DNA of 64,000 nucleotides from a virus (Duplodnaviria > Caudoviricetes). Position numbers and translations under genes: made by a program. The stretch is from positions 32,001 through 96,000 of the IMG/VR virus record IMGVR_UViG_3300031992_000007. The stretch is one strand, 5' to 3'. Positions 1-9,114 of the stretch are shown here, piece after piece. The notes beneath the pieces were generated by a model. That model worked only from the letters and a program-made list of their open reading frames with translations, was not told where the DNA came from and made no database searches. Numbering within the stretch: position 1 is the first letter of the stretch; each line of letters begins with the position of its first letter.

Positions 1-415
1 AGTCCAGAGCTTCGAGACCTTGTTCGGTCTTAAGGATCTTGGCTATGTTGACTATCACGTACTTCTCGAACGACTTCTTCCAGTAGTCCCTGATCTCCAC
101 TGGAGTAGAGATAAGCTGGATCTTTTCGACGATCGGCCCGAACGGCTTTTCCGCCCAGACAAATGGCTGCTCCGGGACATCCATAACGGACACTGTGCCC
201 AAGAGTAGTTTCTTGTGCGTCGTCTTCCAGTAGATGAACCTAACGAACAAAGTGAAATCAAGATGATTCACTTCTCCGGTGTCATCCGACCTGCTGCTAT
301 ACGCCCCTACATGGAGGTAGAGGTCGTACGCATCTGCGATCTGTCCAGTCGCAGTGATTTTCATATCGACGGACCGCCCAACCATTGAGCCGCCGTCTAG
401 TGCCTTGCTTAGCAT
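1..415 (-). CDS. hypothetical protein (partial, runs off window start)
   Basis: Manual translation: ATG at 415 after a purine-rich SD-like stretch, MLSKALDGGSMVGRSVDMKIT..., open to position 1; absent from the ORF track. Confidence 0.7.
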   Translation of the reverse strand, partial: MLSKALDGGSMVGRSVDMKITATGQIADAYDLYLHVGAYSSRSDDTGEVNHLDFTLFVRFIYWKTTHKKLLLGTVSVMDVPEQPFVWAEKPFGPIVEKIQLISTPVEIRDYWKKSFEKYVIVNIAKILKTEQGLEALD

Positions 416-515
416 TGTTTACCTTCTTTCTTTTTTGTTGTTACTACAAGCGTATGCCGAACGTCGGATCATTCCACTTGAGCATAATAAAGGTAATGAA
501 AATAAAAGATGACAG

Positions 516-542
516 CCTCTCTGCCCTTCATGGGCAGAGAGG
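516..542 (-). terminator. intrinsic terminator
   Basis: CCTCTCTGCCC-ttcat-GGGCAGAGAGG stem followed on the minus strand by a T-rich tract. Confidence 0.75.
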
Positions 543-547
543 GACAT

Positions 548-826
548 TCACAACACTTCATTAGTCACGTCTTTGAATTTACCTTCCGCTTCAGCCTGCA
601 TCATAAGACACAGATCGTGTGCCATCTTCTCAGCTTCCGCAGCAGGATCTTCAATCTTCCGCTGACCACAAAGAACATCGAGAGGTGCACTGACATGCAT
701 ACCTAGAAGACCTCTCTTCTCCTTCTTGAACTTGATGATCTTGTCGGCTTTGGATACCCAAGTACCTTCACCGTCAATAACAGACTTGATAAAGTCTGCA
801 AGTTCGTCGTCACGTTTTCCTGGCAT
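548..826 (-). CDS. hypothetical protein
   Basis: 92 aa ORF with GGAGG SD, directly downstream of 836..1948. Confidence 0.75.
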   Translation of the reverse strand: MPGKRDDELADFIKSVIDGEGTWVSKADKIIKFKKEKRGLLGMHVSAPLDVLCGQRKIEDPAAEAEKMAHDLCLMMQAEAEGKFKDVTNEVL

Positions 827-835
827 AACACCTCC

Positions 836-1948
836 TTAGTCAGGCTTGACTACTTTGTTGATCTTGAAGTTAAGACAGAACTTCTCGAAGGTCATCATGT
901 CACAACCGTATTTAGGGTAGGTCTTGAGTTCTCTCACCTCGATGACTGTCTTGCTGGAGTTGGCCATAGCCTTAGCAATCCAGGATATCAAAGCGTCTGA
1001 ACCGGGAGCCTTCCAGTCGTTAGTCTTGAAAGAACCCCACGAACCTTCGAGCCACATCCATTTCTTACTTGTCGGATCCTCGTAGATAACTGCAGTGTGT
1101 GCAGCCGAGTCGTGGTTGTAGTTCTCTCCACAGAGGAAGTAGGCTTTGTACTTGATGGGTGTCTTCTTGAGAGCAGCGATGCTCATAGCCACAGTGTCAT
1201 AACACACACCGCAGCCAGCGGAGATGGTCTCCTCTGGTGTGGCAAGTCTCCACACTTCGAAGTCATCGTCTATAGTAGTACTGTTGTGAGTATCCCTCCA
1301 CGGCTTACCAGTCTTGGGATCTCTAAGCCCGTACTGAAGTCTAGAGAACTCTTTCTTGAGACGGTCTATGACTAGAGTCTTCTCGTGAGACAAGTTGTCG
1401 CAACCGAAGATCTCAACAGACTTCTGGTCAGACACTCTCTTGTACCTATCGGGAAGAAGCCTCCAGTTGGAACAAGTCCTCTTCTGCTCAGCATCGTCAG
1501 GCTCAAGATGGATCATGTCGATACCAGTGCGAGCCCTCCATGAATGACATGGGTCTGCAGCAAGCATCTTGTATACCTTGGGTGGATACTTGGCTTTGAT
1601 AGTAGAGAGCTTGTACGGTCTCTCGTACTTTGTCTTCTTCAGAGTGAGAACTGCAATGTAATCGAACTTCTTGAGATATTTCTGCTGCCCTTCTGTCAAG
1701 TCCTTGTAGTACTTGCTGTCTTCGACATTGTGTATGACAGTCTTGTCTACAATTTCAAAACAATAGTTCTCATCAACTTCCTCAGAATACACATAGTCGC
1801 CCTTGTCATACTTGTTCGCATCGTCAGATACACGATGCGTCACGATAGTGTTCCTGGGTTTGAGAGACTGTATTTCTTCGGCAGGGAACTTTATGTCTTT
1901 TATGACATCTTCAACGACCTTAGTAAGTGCTTCTAAAGAATAACGCAT
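836..1948 (-). CDS. putative virion protein with C-terminal transglutaminase/papain-like Cys-His-Glu domain
   Basis: GGAGG SD before MRYSLEAL (SLE is a head-protease-type site); GCGVCYD...AHTAVIY...WMWLEGSWG triad pattern. Confidence 0.6.
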   Translation of the reverse strand: MRYSLEALTKVVEDVIKDIKFPAEEIQSLKPRNTIVTHRVSDDANKYDKGDYVYSEEVDENYCFEIVDKTVIHNVEDSKYYKDLTEGQQKYLKKFDYIAVLTLKKTKYERPYKLSTIKAKYPPKVYKMLAADPCHSWRARTGIDMIHLEPDDAEQKRTCSNWRLLPDRYKRVSDQKSVEIFGCDNLSHEKTLVIDRLKKEFSRLQYGLRDPKTGKPWRDTHNSTTIDDDFEVWRLATPEETISAGCGVCYDTVAMSIAALKKTPIKYKAYFLCGENYNHDSAAHTAVIYEDPTSKKWMWLEGSWGSFKTNDWKAPGSDALISWIAKAMANSSKTVIEVRELKTYPKYGCDMMTFEKFCLNFKINKVVKPD

Positions 1949-1952
1949 AAAA

Positions 1953-1984
1953 CCTCCTGCTATCCTCAAAGGATAGCAGGAAGG
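1953..1984 (-). terminator. hairpin/terminator after nrdD overlapping the SD of the next gene
   Basis: CCTGCTATCCT-caa-AGGATAGCAGG; on the minus strand the 3' arm contains GGAGG, followed by TTTTATG. Confidence 0.6.
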
Positions 1985-2004
1985 TGTTAGTTAATCACGG
2001 ACAA

Positions 2005-4227
2005 TCAGTCGACATGAAGAACACGATCTTTGATCTCCTGAGTGCGACCCTGATTCCAGTAGTTGCTACCCAGGTATCCGCAAGTACGTCTCACGACACT
2101 CATCTTGGACTGATCACGGTTACCACAGTTCGGGCATTCCCAAACCAGCTTACCATTATCATCCTTGACTATCTTGATCTCGCCATCAAAACCACAGCAT
2201 TCGCAGTAGTCGCTCTTGGTGTTCAGTTCAGCATACATGATGTTATCATAGATAAACTTCATGATGCTAAGAACCGCACCAACGTTCTTCTGCAAGTCGG
2301 GAACTTCGACATACGAAATCGCTCCGCCAGGAGAAAGCTTCTGGAACTTGGCTTCACCCGCTAGCTTCTCGAACGCAGTAACCTTCTCTGTCACCTTGTA
2401 GTGATAAGAGTTGGTTATGTAGTTTTTGTCAGACACGTCGGGAATAATACCGAAATCTCTCTGAAGGGCCTTGGCGAACTTGTAAGTGACACTTTCAATG
2501 GGAGTGCCGTATATTGAGTAATCAATATCTTCAGCCGCTTTCCACTTGGCTGTGTACTCATTGAGTTTCTGCATGATCTTGAGACCAAGCTCTTCACCTT
2601 CTGGTTCGTTGAGCTTCTTATCGATAAGTGCACGCACACATTCCCAAAGTCCAGCATAACCCAGAGAGATGGTAGAATATCCACCGTAGAGAAGCTTATC
2701 TATCTTCTCTCCCTTATTAAGTCTTGCCAGAGCTCCATACTGCCAGTGGATTGGAGAGGTGTCCGACAGAGTCCCGAGAAGACGTTCGTGTCTGCAACGG
2801 AGTGCGCGATGACATAGTTCAGCCACTTCATCCAGTCTGGTCCAGAACTTCTGAAGATCTCTTCCTGCCTCCAACGCAACATAGGGTAGGTCGATTGTAA
2901 CCACGCCTTGGTTGAAGCGACCGTAATATTTAGGCTTAGTAGGATCGTAGTCTTTAGCACGGGCTACATTGTTGAAACCATTGCCAGAACGATCGGGTGT
3001 GAGGAATGAACGGCAACCCATACATGTGTAGGTATCACCATGTCCAACTTCTTCTCCCTTAGAGAGTTTATACTCCTTCATCTTCTTCTCAGAGATGTAG
3101 TCTGGGACAAGACGTTTCGCAGTGCACTTGGCAGCAAGTTCAGTGAGATACCAGTAAGGAGCATTTTCCGTGATGTTATCTTCTTCAAGAGTGTAGATCA
3201 GCTTCGGGAAAGCCGGAGTGACATAAACACCAGCTTCATTCTTGACACCCTGGATCCTCTGCTTAAGAGTCTCCTCAATGATCAAAGCAAGATCTGCTTT
3301 GGTCTGAGGATCAGTAGCTTCACCAAGGTACATGTACACCGTAACAAACGGGGTCTGACCATTGGTGGTTTGCAGAGTAAGGATCTGATACTGAATGGTC
3401 TGAATACCAGCAGCTATCTCCCTACGAAGCCTTGCTGCAACCATGCGTTCGATATCATCACCACTAATAAGCAGACCGTTAGTTTCTTCCTCAACCTGTT
3501 TACGGATCTTCTGACGAGACACCTCTACAAATGGAGCCAGGTGGGTCAAGCTAATGGACTGGCCGCCGTACTGACAGGAAGCAACCTGCGCAACTATCTG
3601 GGTAGCGATGTTGCAAGCAGAAAGGAAGCTGTGTGGCTTCTCGATCATGGTACCAGAAATGACAGTTCCATTCTGAAGCATGTCATTCAGGTTAACCAAG
3701 CAACAGTTGTGAATATGCTGACTGTAGTAGTCAGCATCATGGAAGTGGATGAGTCCCTTGTCATGAGCCTCTACAATATCCTTAGGGAGAAGGACACGTC
3801 TTGTGAGGTCCTTGCTAACCTCTCCAGCCATATAGTCACGCTGTGTAGATGCAATGACAGGATTCTTATTGGAGTTCTCCTGCTTAACCTCTTCGTTCTG
3901 ACACTCGACGAGAGCAAGTACAGCATTGTCCGTGGTATTCCTCTTCCTGGCTTCTGTACGAGAATACCGATACACGGCATAGCTCATCGCAAGGCGACCG
4001 AAACCACGATCGGCAAGCTCGTTCTGAACTTTATCCTGTATCTCTTCTACCCCAGTGGCACGTTCGAACCCCCTGCACCAAGAGGTAACTTCTTCAACAA
4101 CAGACTTTAGTTGGTCTTCTGGTATACGGAATTTTTCATCGACTGACGTATTGGCTTTACCTATCGCTACTGCGATGCGATTAGGATCGAACTGAACCTC
4201 GGATCCATTGCGTTTGATCACGTTCAT
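2005..4227 (-). CDS. nrdD: anaerobic (class III) ribonucleoside-triphosphate reductase with N-terminal ATP cone
   Basis: VIKRNGSEVQFD ATP cone, IHFHDADY, NCCL, MGCRSFL, CECC..CPNC Zn site, RRTCGYL glycyl-radical motif; AAGGAG SD before ATG 4227. Confidence 0.97.
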   Translation of the reverse strand: MNVIKRNGSEVQFDPNRIAVAIGKANTSVDEKFRIPEDQLKSVVEEVTSWCRGFERATGVEEIQDKVQNELADRGFGRLAMSYAVYRYSRTEARKRNTTDNAVLALVECQNEEVKQENSNKNPVIASTQRDYMAGEVSKDLTRRVLLPKDIVEAHDKGLIHFHDADYYSQHIHNCCLVNLNDMLQNGTVISGTMIEKPHSFLSACNIATQIVAQVASCQYGGQSISLTHLAPFVEVSRQKIRKQVEEETNGLLISGDDIERMVAARLRREIAAGIQTIQYQILTLQTTNGQTPFVTVYMYLGEATDPQTKADLALIIEETLKQRIQGVKNEAGVYVTPAFPKLIYTLEEDNITENAPYWYLTELAAKCTAKRLVPDYISEKKMKEYKLSKGEEVGHGDTYTCMGCRSFLTPDRSGNGFNNVARAKDYDPTKPKYYGRFNQGVVTIDLPYVALEAGRDLQKFWTRLDEVAELCHRALRCRHERLLGTLSDTSPIHWQYGALARLNKGEKIDKLLYGGYSTISLGYAGLWECVRALIDKKLNEPEGEELGLKIMQKLNEYTAKWKAAEDIDYSIYGTPIESVTYKFAKALQRDFGIIPDVSDKNYITNSYHYKVTEKVTAFEKLAGEAKFQKLSPGGAISYVEVPDLQKNVGAVLSIMKFIYDNIMYAELNTKSDYCECCGFDGEIKIVKDDNGKLVWECPNCGNRDQSKMSVVRRTCGYLGSNYWNQGRTQEIKDRVLHVD

Positions 4228-4269
4228 GTGTTTGTTTCTCCTTACTTTACACCTTGCCCTTCCCAACGT

Positions 4270-4435
4270 CTATTTTGCCGAAATGACGGCATAGTCCCCT
4301 GCCCGCTTACCGAAGTAAACGGGCAGGTTAGTGCGTCGAATTAACCCTTCCGGGATTCGATGTAGGCTGACTTGCTGGGCAAGAATTAACTACCTTGGGA
4401 ATCAAGATGTTAAGCACATTTTAACCCCAAGATCG
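4270..4435 (-). ncRNA. candidate structured RNA / 5' leader of nrdD
   Basis: Five consecutive hairpins on the minus strand, including a cUUCGg-capped and a GGAA-capped stem. Confidence 0.5.
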
Positions 4436-4500
4436 CATACAATATTGTTCCTTTACAGGCAGTACATATCGACCAATAATATCTAAAAATAGAAGTACCA

Positions 4501-4526
4501 GCGCAACCCCACTGAAGGGGTTGCGC
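4501..4526 (-). terminator. intrinsic terminator after terminase
   Basis: GCGCAACCCC-actgaa-GGGGTTGCGC, T-rich tract downstream on the minus strand. Confidence 0.75.
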
Positions 4527-4534
4527 GTGGTTAG

Positions 4535-6637
4535 TTAGACGAACTTCATGTAGACATCTGGAGTGATGTTGGACATCGTCCTGGCCATCTGTTTCGAGTT
4601 CTTATTGATCTGATCCATCGGCTTCAGAGCAGAGTCCTCTTCCTTGGGAGCATCTCCATAAACAGCAACTAGTTTCTGGAGTTCTCTCTGGAAGACAGAA
4701 ACAACAGCAGGGTTGTCTTTGTTGTTCTTGATCTTCTGGGTAAGATCCCTGATCTGTTCGAAGGCCAACATCTCAGCCTTCTTCTTATCGGGGTCTACAA
4801 GTTCCCCATTAGACCGAACTTGACACATCAGCTCATCAGGACGTATTCCGTAGAACTGGTGATGAAGACCGAATAAGATGAAATACACCGCCAATAAGAA
4901 GGCTATTAACAAGTCGTCATGCCCAGATTCGGTATGGTCAACTCTACCATTCTTCATGGTCAAACCAGATATCTGATCCACCAACGAAGCATCATTAAGT
5001 CTATCACCGACCAAGTTAAGGGCATTCATAAGAACCGAAGAATACAGAAGATTGCGAGAGCTGGATGTTGTACTGAACCCGAAGTTCTTCCTTACTGTAC
5101 CATCGTCGTAGTTGAGGTTGTTCACATTCGTATCCGAGTTGTACTCCTGGAAGTACTTATTGTAGATACGAGTGAGAGGGTTGAAGTTCTCCAACCTCAT
5201 ATTAGCGAAGATGTAATCCAGCATGAACGCTCCGTTCTTGTTACGTTCAGGGATGAAGATAGCCCTAGGGAAATCCTTGAGGAACTTCACGATGATCGTA
5301 GTGACGAAGTACAGGTTGGCGGTGTTACAGCAGAAGGTAGCAACAACATGGAGATCGTAAGGATCGATCATGCACATCGTGGTGAAGTCAGATCCAACAT
5401 TGTCCGAAGTATCAAGTCCGATAACATACGGACGGTTCCTAAGGCTTTCATCAGCCATAAGTACTTTGGGATCATCGTACCACTTGATGATAACAGATTC
5501 GATGTTCGTAACAGCAACAGGATCCTTCTTAGATGTCTGGATCTTCTCAAGCATTTCCTTACCGAAGATAGATCCATCTGCACCGTGGAGCCACTGGTTC
5601 AAATAGTCCTTGGCAACTACCTTGGGATCCTTAGCACGAGTAACGAAGTTGAACCACTCTTCATCTTTACCAAGCTGTTTATAGCTATACTCCAAGTAAA
5701 CATAGTCGTTCTTGGAGTTGTGGTGGACCATACTCCAGAGTTCATCCCTGTTAGCACAGTCATAGAGTCGTTCAGTGAATCTGAAAGCATCACAAGCTAG
5801 CAAGTAGCACCACCTACCTCGAGGATCATCGATATCCCCAGCAGTAGAAGTCATGATAACTGCAGCGGGTAGTCCAGTCTCCTTAGCTAGAGGAGCAGCG
5901 GTATCCATAGCAGCAATAGCCGAAGGATAGCTAAGGTGAATGTTGTTATAATACACAGTCTCGTCCCAAGACTCTGTGAAGAAGGACTGACCACGAGCCT
6001 GGTCACCAGCTGCTTGCTTATCAGACTGAGAGACGAAGGTAGTAAGCTTGGTATTCAGAGCATCGTAACTTACACCTTCCTTGTTGTTAGTGTCGTTGGC
6101 CGTTTGATAAAGCATCCATTGAGGAAGAGCATCTCTGATCTTCTTGAAACGGTCGACGTTTTCGTATTGAAGCTTGTTGCCACGGCAGAACATTCCCCAC
6201 GCAGCATCACGGGCGGCTAGATACAATGCCCATACTTGAAGAGCTGCGGTACCGATAGTCTTACCGATCTGTCGGGGCATCACCTGGAAAGAGTTGATAC
6301 TGTTGAAGTACAACCAAGCTTGTGCTAGGTTACTTCGGTTGAGTACGTAAGGAACTGCACCCATACCAGAGGCTGTAATACGGCAGACCTCTCTAAGGAA
6401 GTACCATGGGTTAACTTTGCTTTCCCACGAGATACGTTGTCTTAGCTCAAGACTTGGATCCTTCAGGTCGTGGGGGTCTATACCTACTAAGTCTTTATCG
6501 AACAGACTGAGGAAGAATAAATTGTTTTGCACACCCATCTTGTTAAGCAAAATTGAGAGTTTCAAAAAACTCAAATTAGGTGTGTTGTAATCAACGATAG
6601 CCCCCTGCTCCTGGAAGTCTTTCTGGAATAGAATCAT
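4535..6637 (-). CDS. terL: terminase large subunit (phiKZ gp25-like)
   Basis: NPWYFLRE, Walker A PRQIGKT, Walker B SWDE, TSTAG coupling motif, nuclease GLDTS and GHDD motifs. Confidence 0.93.
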   Translation of the reverse strand: MILFQKDFQEQGAIVDYNTPNLSFLKLSILLNKMGVQNNLFFLSLFDKDLVGIDPHDLKDPSLELRQRISWESKVNPWYFLREVCRITASGMGAVPYVLNRSNLAQAWLYFNSINSFQVMPRQIGKTIGTAALQVWALYLAARDAAWGMFCRGNKLQYENVDRFKKIRDALPQWMLYQTANDTNNKEGVSYDALNTKLTTFVSQSDKQAAGDQARGQSFFTESWDETVYYNNIHLSYPSAIAAMDTAAPLAKETGLPAAVIMTSTAGDIDDPRGRWCYLLACDAFRFTERLYDCANRDELWSMVHHNSKNDYVYLEYSYKQLGKDEEWFNFVTRAKDPKVVAKDYLNQWLHGADGSIFGKEMLEKIQTSKKDPVAVTNIESVIIKWYDDPKVLMADESLRNRPYVIGLDTSDNVGSDFTTMCMIDPYDLHVVATFCCNTANLYFVTTIIVKFLKDFPRAIFIPERNKNGAFMLDYIFANMRLENFNPLTRIYNKYFQEYNSDTNVNNLNYDDGTVRKNFGFSTTSSSRNLLYSSVLMNALNLVGDRLNDASLVDQISGLTMKNGRVDHTESGHDDLLIAFLLAVYFILFGLHHQFYGIRPDELMCQVRSNGELVDPDKKKAEMLAFEQIRDLTQKIKNNKDNPAVVSVFQRELQKLVAVYGDAPKEEDSALKPMDQINKNSKQMARTMSNITPDVYMKFV

Positions 6638-6690
6638 TGTAACCTCCTATTATTGCAGGATATAAAATTTATCGAAAAAGTAAATGTGTG

Positions 6691-6716
6691 CCTTCCCTCC
6701 CGCAAGGGAGGGAAGG
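6691..6716 (-). terminator. intrinsic terminator
   Basis: CCTTCCCTCCC-gcaa-GGGAGGGAAGG. Confidence 0.75.
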
Positions 6717-6725
6717 ATGAAAGAA

Positions 6726-7502
6726 TTAGTTCTCGTCTTTGACTTCTTTCAGAGAGGCTACCCGATTTTGAAGCTCGGAACCGAACAAGGACAGCAACCC
6801 ACAGTTGCCATACATCCTGTCTATTTCCTCCTGAGTAAAGAGACCACGTTGAACGATGTAATCACTGAACTCTTTAAGAGAGTCACGAAAATCCTTGAGC
6901 TTCCTCTCGTAGTCGACGGTATCGCCTATGTACGCAGCAATAGGTTGACGCATGAAGATTGCGCCAATCTTGGGTATCATAAGCTTATCGCCAGCCAGCC
7001 ATATCACAACATCACCGACAGTAGTCAGTGTGCCTGCGCGTGTAATGACAGTACCCTTGCAACGATCTATGGCCGACAGTATTGAGCGTTGACTAATCGT
7101 CCCAGCTTCACCAGAGACATTAGACACTATCGTGAGATCTACGACATCCTTCTCAGACGCGGAGTCGATCAAACTCAGTACCAGAGGTAAGAACTCTGAA
7201 CGCTCATGCGGGCCCAGGATGATACAAATCCTCGCTACACCCTCTGCATCGATGACACGCGACACACAAGGTCTTGCGGGAACTTGACCACCACAATCCG
7301 GGCCAGCAACTACTTTACCACGCTCCTCGATAACAGACTCGAAGAAGGCCTCCAGACTACCGTGGAAGAACGAGTCCTTAGGAGTACCTCCGTTCTCATC
7401 CAACGCATCGATATTCTGGAGTCCAACATCATCTCCTATCAAGGAAACTTCAGGCTCTTCGGATTTCTTATCGAGTCCAGCAGAAGTTGTTCTGTTGGAC
7501 AT
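6726..7502 (-). CDS. ClpP/crotonase-fold protein, probably catalytically inactive
   Basis: Aligns by eye with the adjacent ClpP-like domain (CKGTVITRAGTLTTVGDVVIWLAGD..IFMRQP) but lacks the ASAG Ser and MxH His. Confidence 0.6.
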   Translation of the reverse strand: MSNRTTSAGLDKKSEEPEVSLIGDDVGLQNIDALDENGGTPKDSFFHGSLEAFFESVIEERGKVVAGPDCGGQVPARPCVSRVIDAEGVARICIILGPHERSEFLPLVLSLIDSASEKDVVDLTIVSNVSGEAGTISQRSILSAIDRCKGTVITRAGTLTTVGDVVIWLAGDKLMIPKIGAIFMRQPIAAYIGDTVDYERKLKDFRDSLKEFSDYIVQRGLFTQEEIDRMYGNCGLLSLFGSELQNRVASLKEVKDEN

Positions 7503-7521
7503 GACAGGATCTCCTTAAAGG

Positions 7522-9102
7522 TTACCAGAAACGACTCTGAGGAACCTTGCGAACATGAGAGTTCTTCTCAGCCTCGCCAGGGTTCAGGTTCGTCTCACCA
7601 GCGCGACGTTTCTTCTTCGGCTTGGCTTTCTTCTTGCCTTTGCCGTGCTTGGAGCACTTCGCGGCAGGAGCGCCTTCGCCCCCGTCATCATCATCGTCCC
7701 CAGCATCATCGTCATCGCCGTCGTCGTCATCATCCCCATCATCGTCATCGTCGCCGTCACCCGGCTCCTCAGTCGTCTCTGGGATCTCAACGCCGTTCTC
7801 TTCGCAAATCGTGTCGAAGATGTCTTCGACGGGAGTTTCCTCAACGGTCTCCTCCGTGGTCTCGGTCGTTTCACCTTCACCACCATCGTCGTCATCGTCG
7901 TCACCACACTCGCACTCTTCCATGGGCTTGCCGCAGTCAGGGCAGACTTCGCCTTCAGCACGACGCTTCTTGGCTTTCTTCTTACCCTTCTTAGCAGTAG
8001 GGGTTCCGGCGCCGCCCGCGCCGCCCGTATCACCCTCATCAGGATTCTCGGTGGTGGTTTCGGTGGTCTCGCCCTCTCCGGCCTCTTCCTCACCTTCGGC
8101 TCTGCGCTTCTTGCCCTTGGCCTTCTTCTTGCCACCCTTCTTACCTTCGGGGGCACTTTCTCCCTCACCTTCATCAGGCTGTGTCTCGGGAGCTTCAAGT
8201 CCGTTTTCCTCGCAGATGGTATCGAAGATATCCTCGACCGGCGTATCCTCGGTGACTTCCTCAGTCTCCGTGGTTTCAGTCTGGGTCTCCTCACCACCAT
8301 TATCATCACCGCCGCCTTCATCGGGGTTCTCTTCGCCCTCGGCAGAAGCGATGCGCTTCTTGGACTTCTTGATCACTTTCTTCTTCGTGTCCTTCTTGGC
8401 CGACGGTGTATCGGTAGGCTCCTCGCCACCGTTATCATCATCATCGGTCTGAGTCTCTTCGGTCCCTGTATTGGTCTCCTCGCCCTCACCAGGAGCAGGA
8501 TTACCGTCCTCGTCAACCCAACGGCGACGCTTACGGGCCTTCACGGTGGCAGCGGAGAGTTCGATATCGGCCTTACCATTGAGGATCTGCTGAACTTCAG
8601 CAGCAATGAGAACGCCGCGCTTCTCAGCATCTGACAGAATACTTGCCATGAATTTTACCAGTTCTGTTGCGTTTTCTTGTATTGTTAGACTCTTGCCCCA
8701 GTCTCCGTGCAACGAGGAGTGGAACATGAACCGAGCCCAACGCTCAACTTCTTGCTCTTGTCCGTAGAGCCAAATGAATGTCCCTGCAGACGCGACAAGC
8801 CCACTGGCGACAGTGGTTACTTTAGCCTTACAGCTCTCCATACGACCAACAATCTGCTGAGTCGTATAGACATCGCCACCAGGTGTATCTAGAACGATAC
8901 GCACCTGGTCTTTCTCGTCAGCTGTGTCCAGCACTTCGAGAACTTCCAGATATTGCGTTATCGGTCCGATCTCACCCACTAAGCTTATTGTGATAAGCTC
9001 ACCGCCAGCGGCATCCTCTCCCAAGGGGGTTTTAGATATCGCAGGTGGAATTCCTCCGAACGGCTTCGGCATTGGAATGTTCACTCCTTGTGGGATGACC
9101 AT
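7522..9102 (-). CDS. ClpP-like serine protease fused to a long acidic/basic repeat tail
   Basis: LDTPGGDV, GLVASAGTFI (Ser), FMFHS (His); C-terminal ~330 aa of alternating E/D/T/G and K/R blocks. Confidence 0.8.
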   Translation of the reverse strand: MVIPQGVNIPMPKPFGGIPPAISKTPLGEDAAGGELITISLVGEIGPITQYLEVLEVLDTADEKDQVRIVLDTPGGDVYTTQQIVGRMESCKAKVTTVASGLVASAGTFIWLYGQEQEVERWARFMFHSSLHGDWGKSLTIQENATELVKFMASILSDAEKRGVLIAAEVQQILNGKADIELSAATVKARKRRRWVDEDGNPAPGEGEETNTGTEETQTDDDDNGGEEPTDTPSAKKDTKKKVIKKSKKRIASAEGEENPDEGGGDDNGGEETQTETTETEEVTEDTPVEDIFDTICEENGLEAPETQPDEGEGESAPEGKKGGKKKAKGKKRRAEGEEEAGEGETTETTTENPDEGDTGGAGGAGTPTAKKGKKKAKKRRAEGEVCPDCGKPMEECECGDDDDDDGGEGETTETTEETVEETPVEDIFDTICEENGVEIPETTEEPGDGDDDDDGDDDDDGDDDDAGDDDDDGGEGAPAAKCSKHGKGKKKAKPKKKRRAGETNLNPGEAEKNSHVRKVPQSRFW

Positions 9103-9114
9103 GACAACACCTCC

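Noticed and set aside
4439-4448. ACAATATTGT palindrome as an NrdR box
   Set aside because: Shorter than the 16-bp consensus and single-copy; insufficient support.
7555-8634. Overlapping long ORFs in other frames (7555..8634, 7584..8321, 7622..8452)
   Set aside because: Artefacts of the low-complexity, GC-richer repeat tail of the ClpP-like gene.
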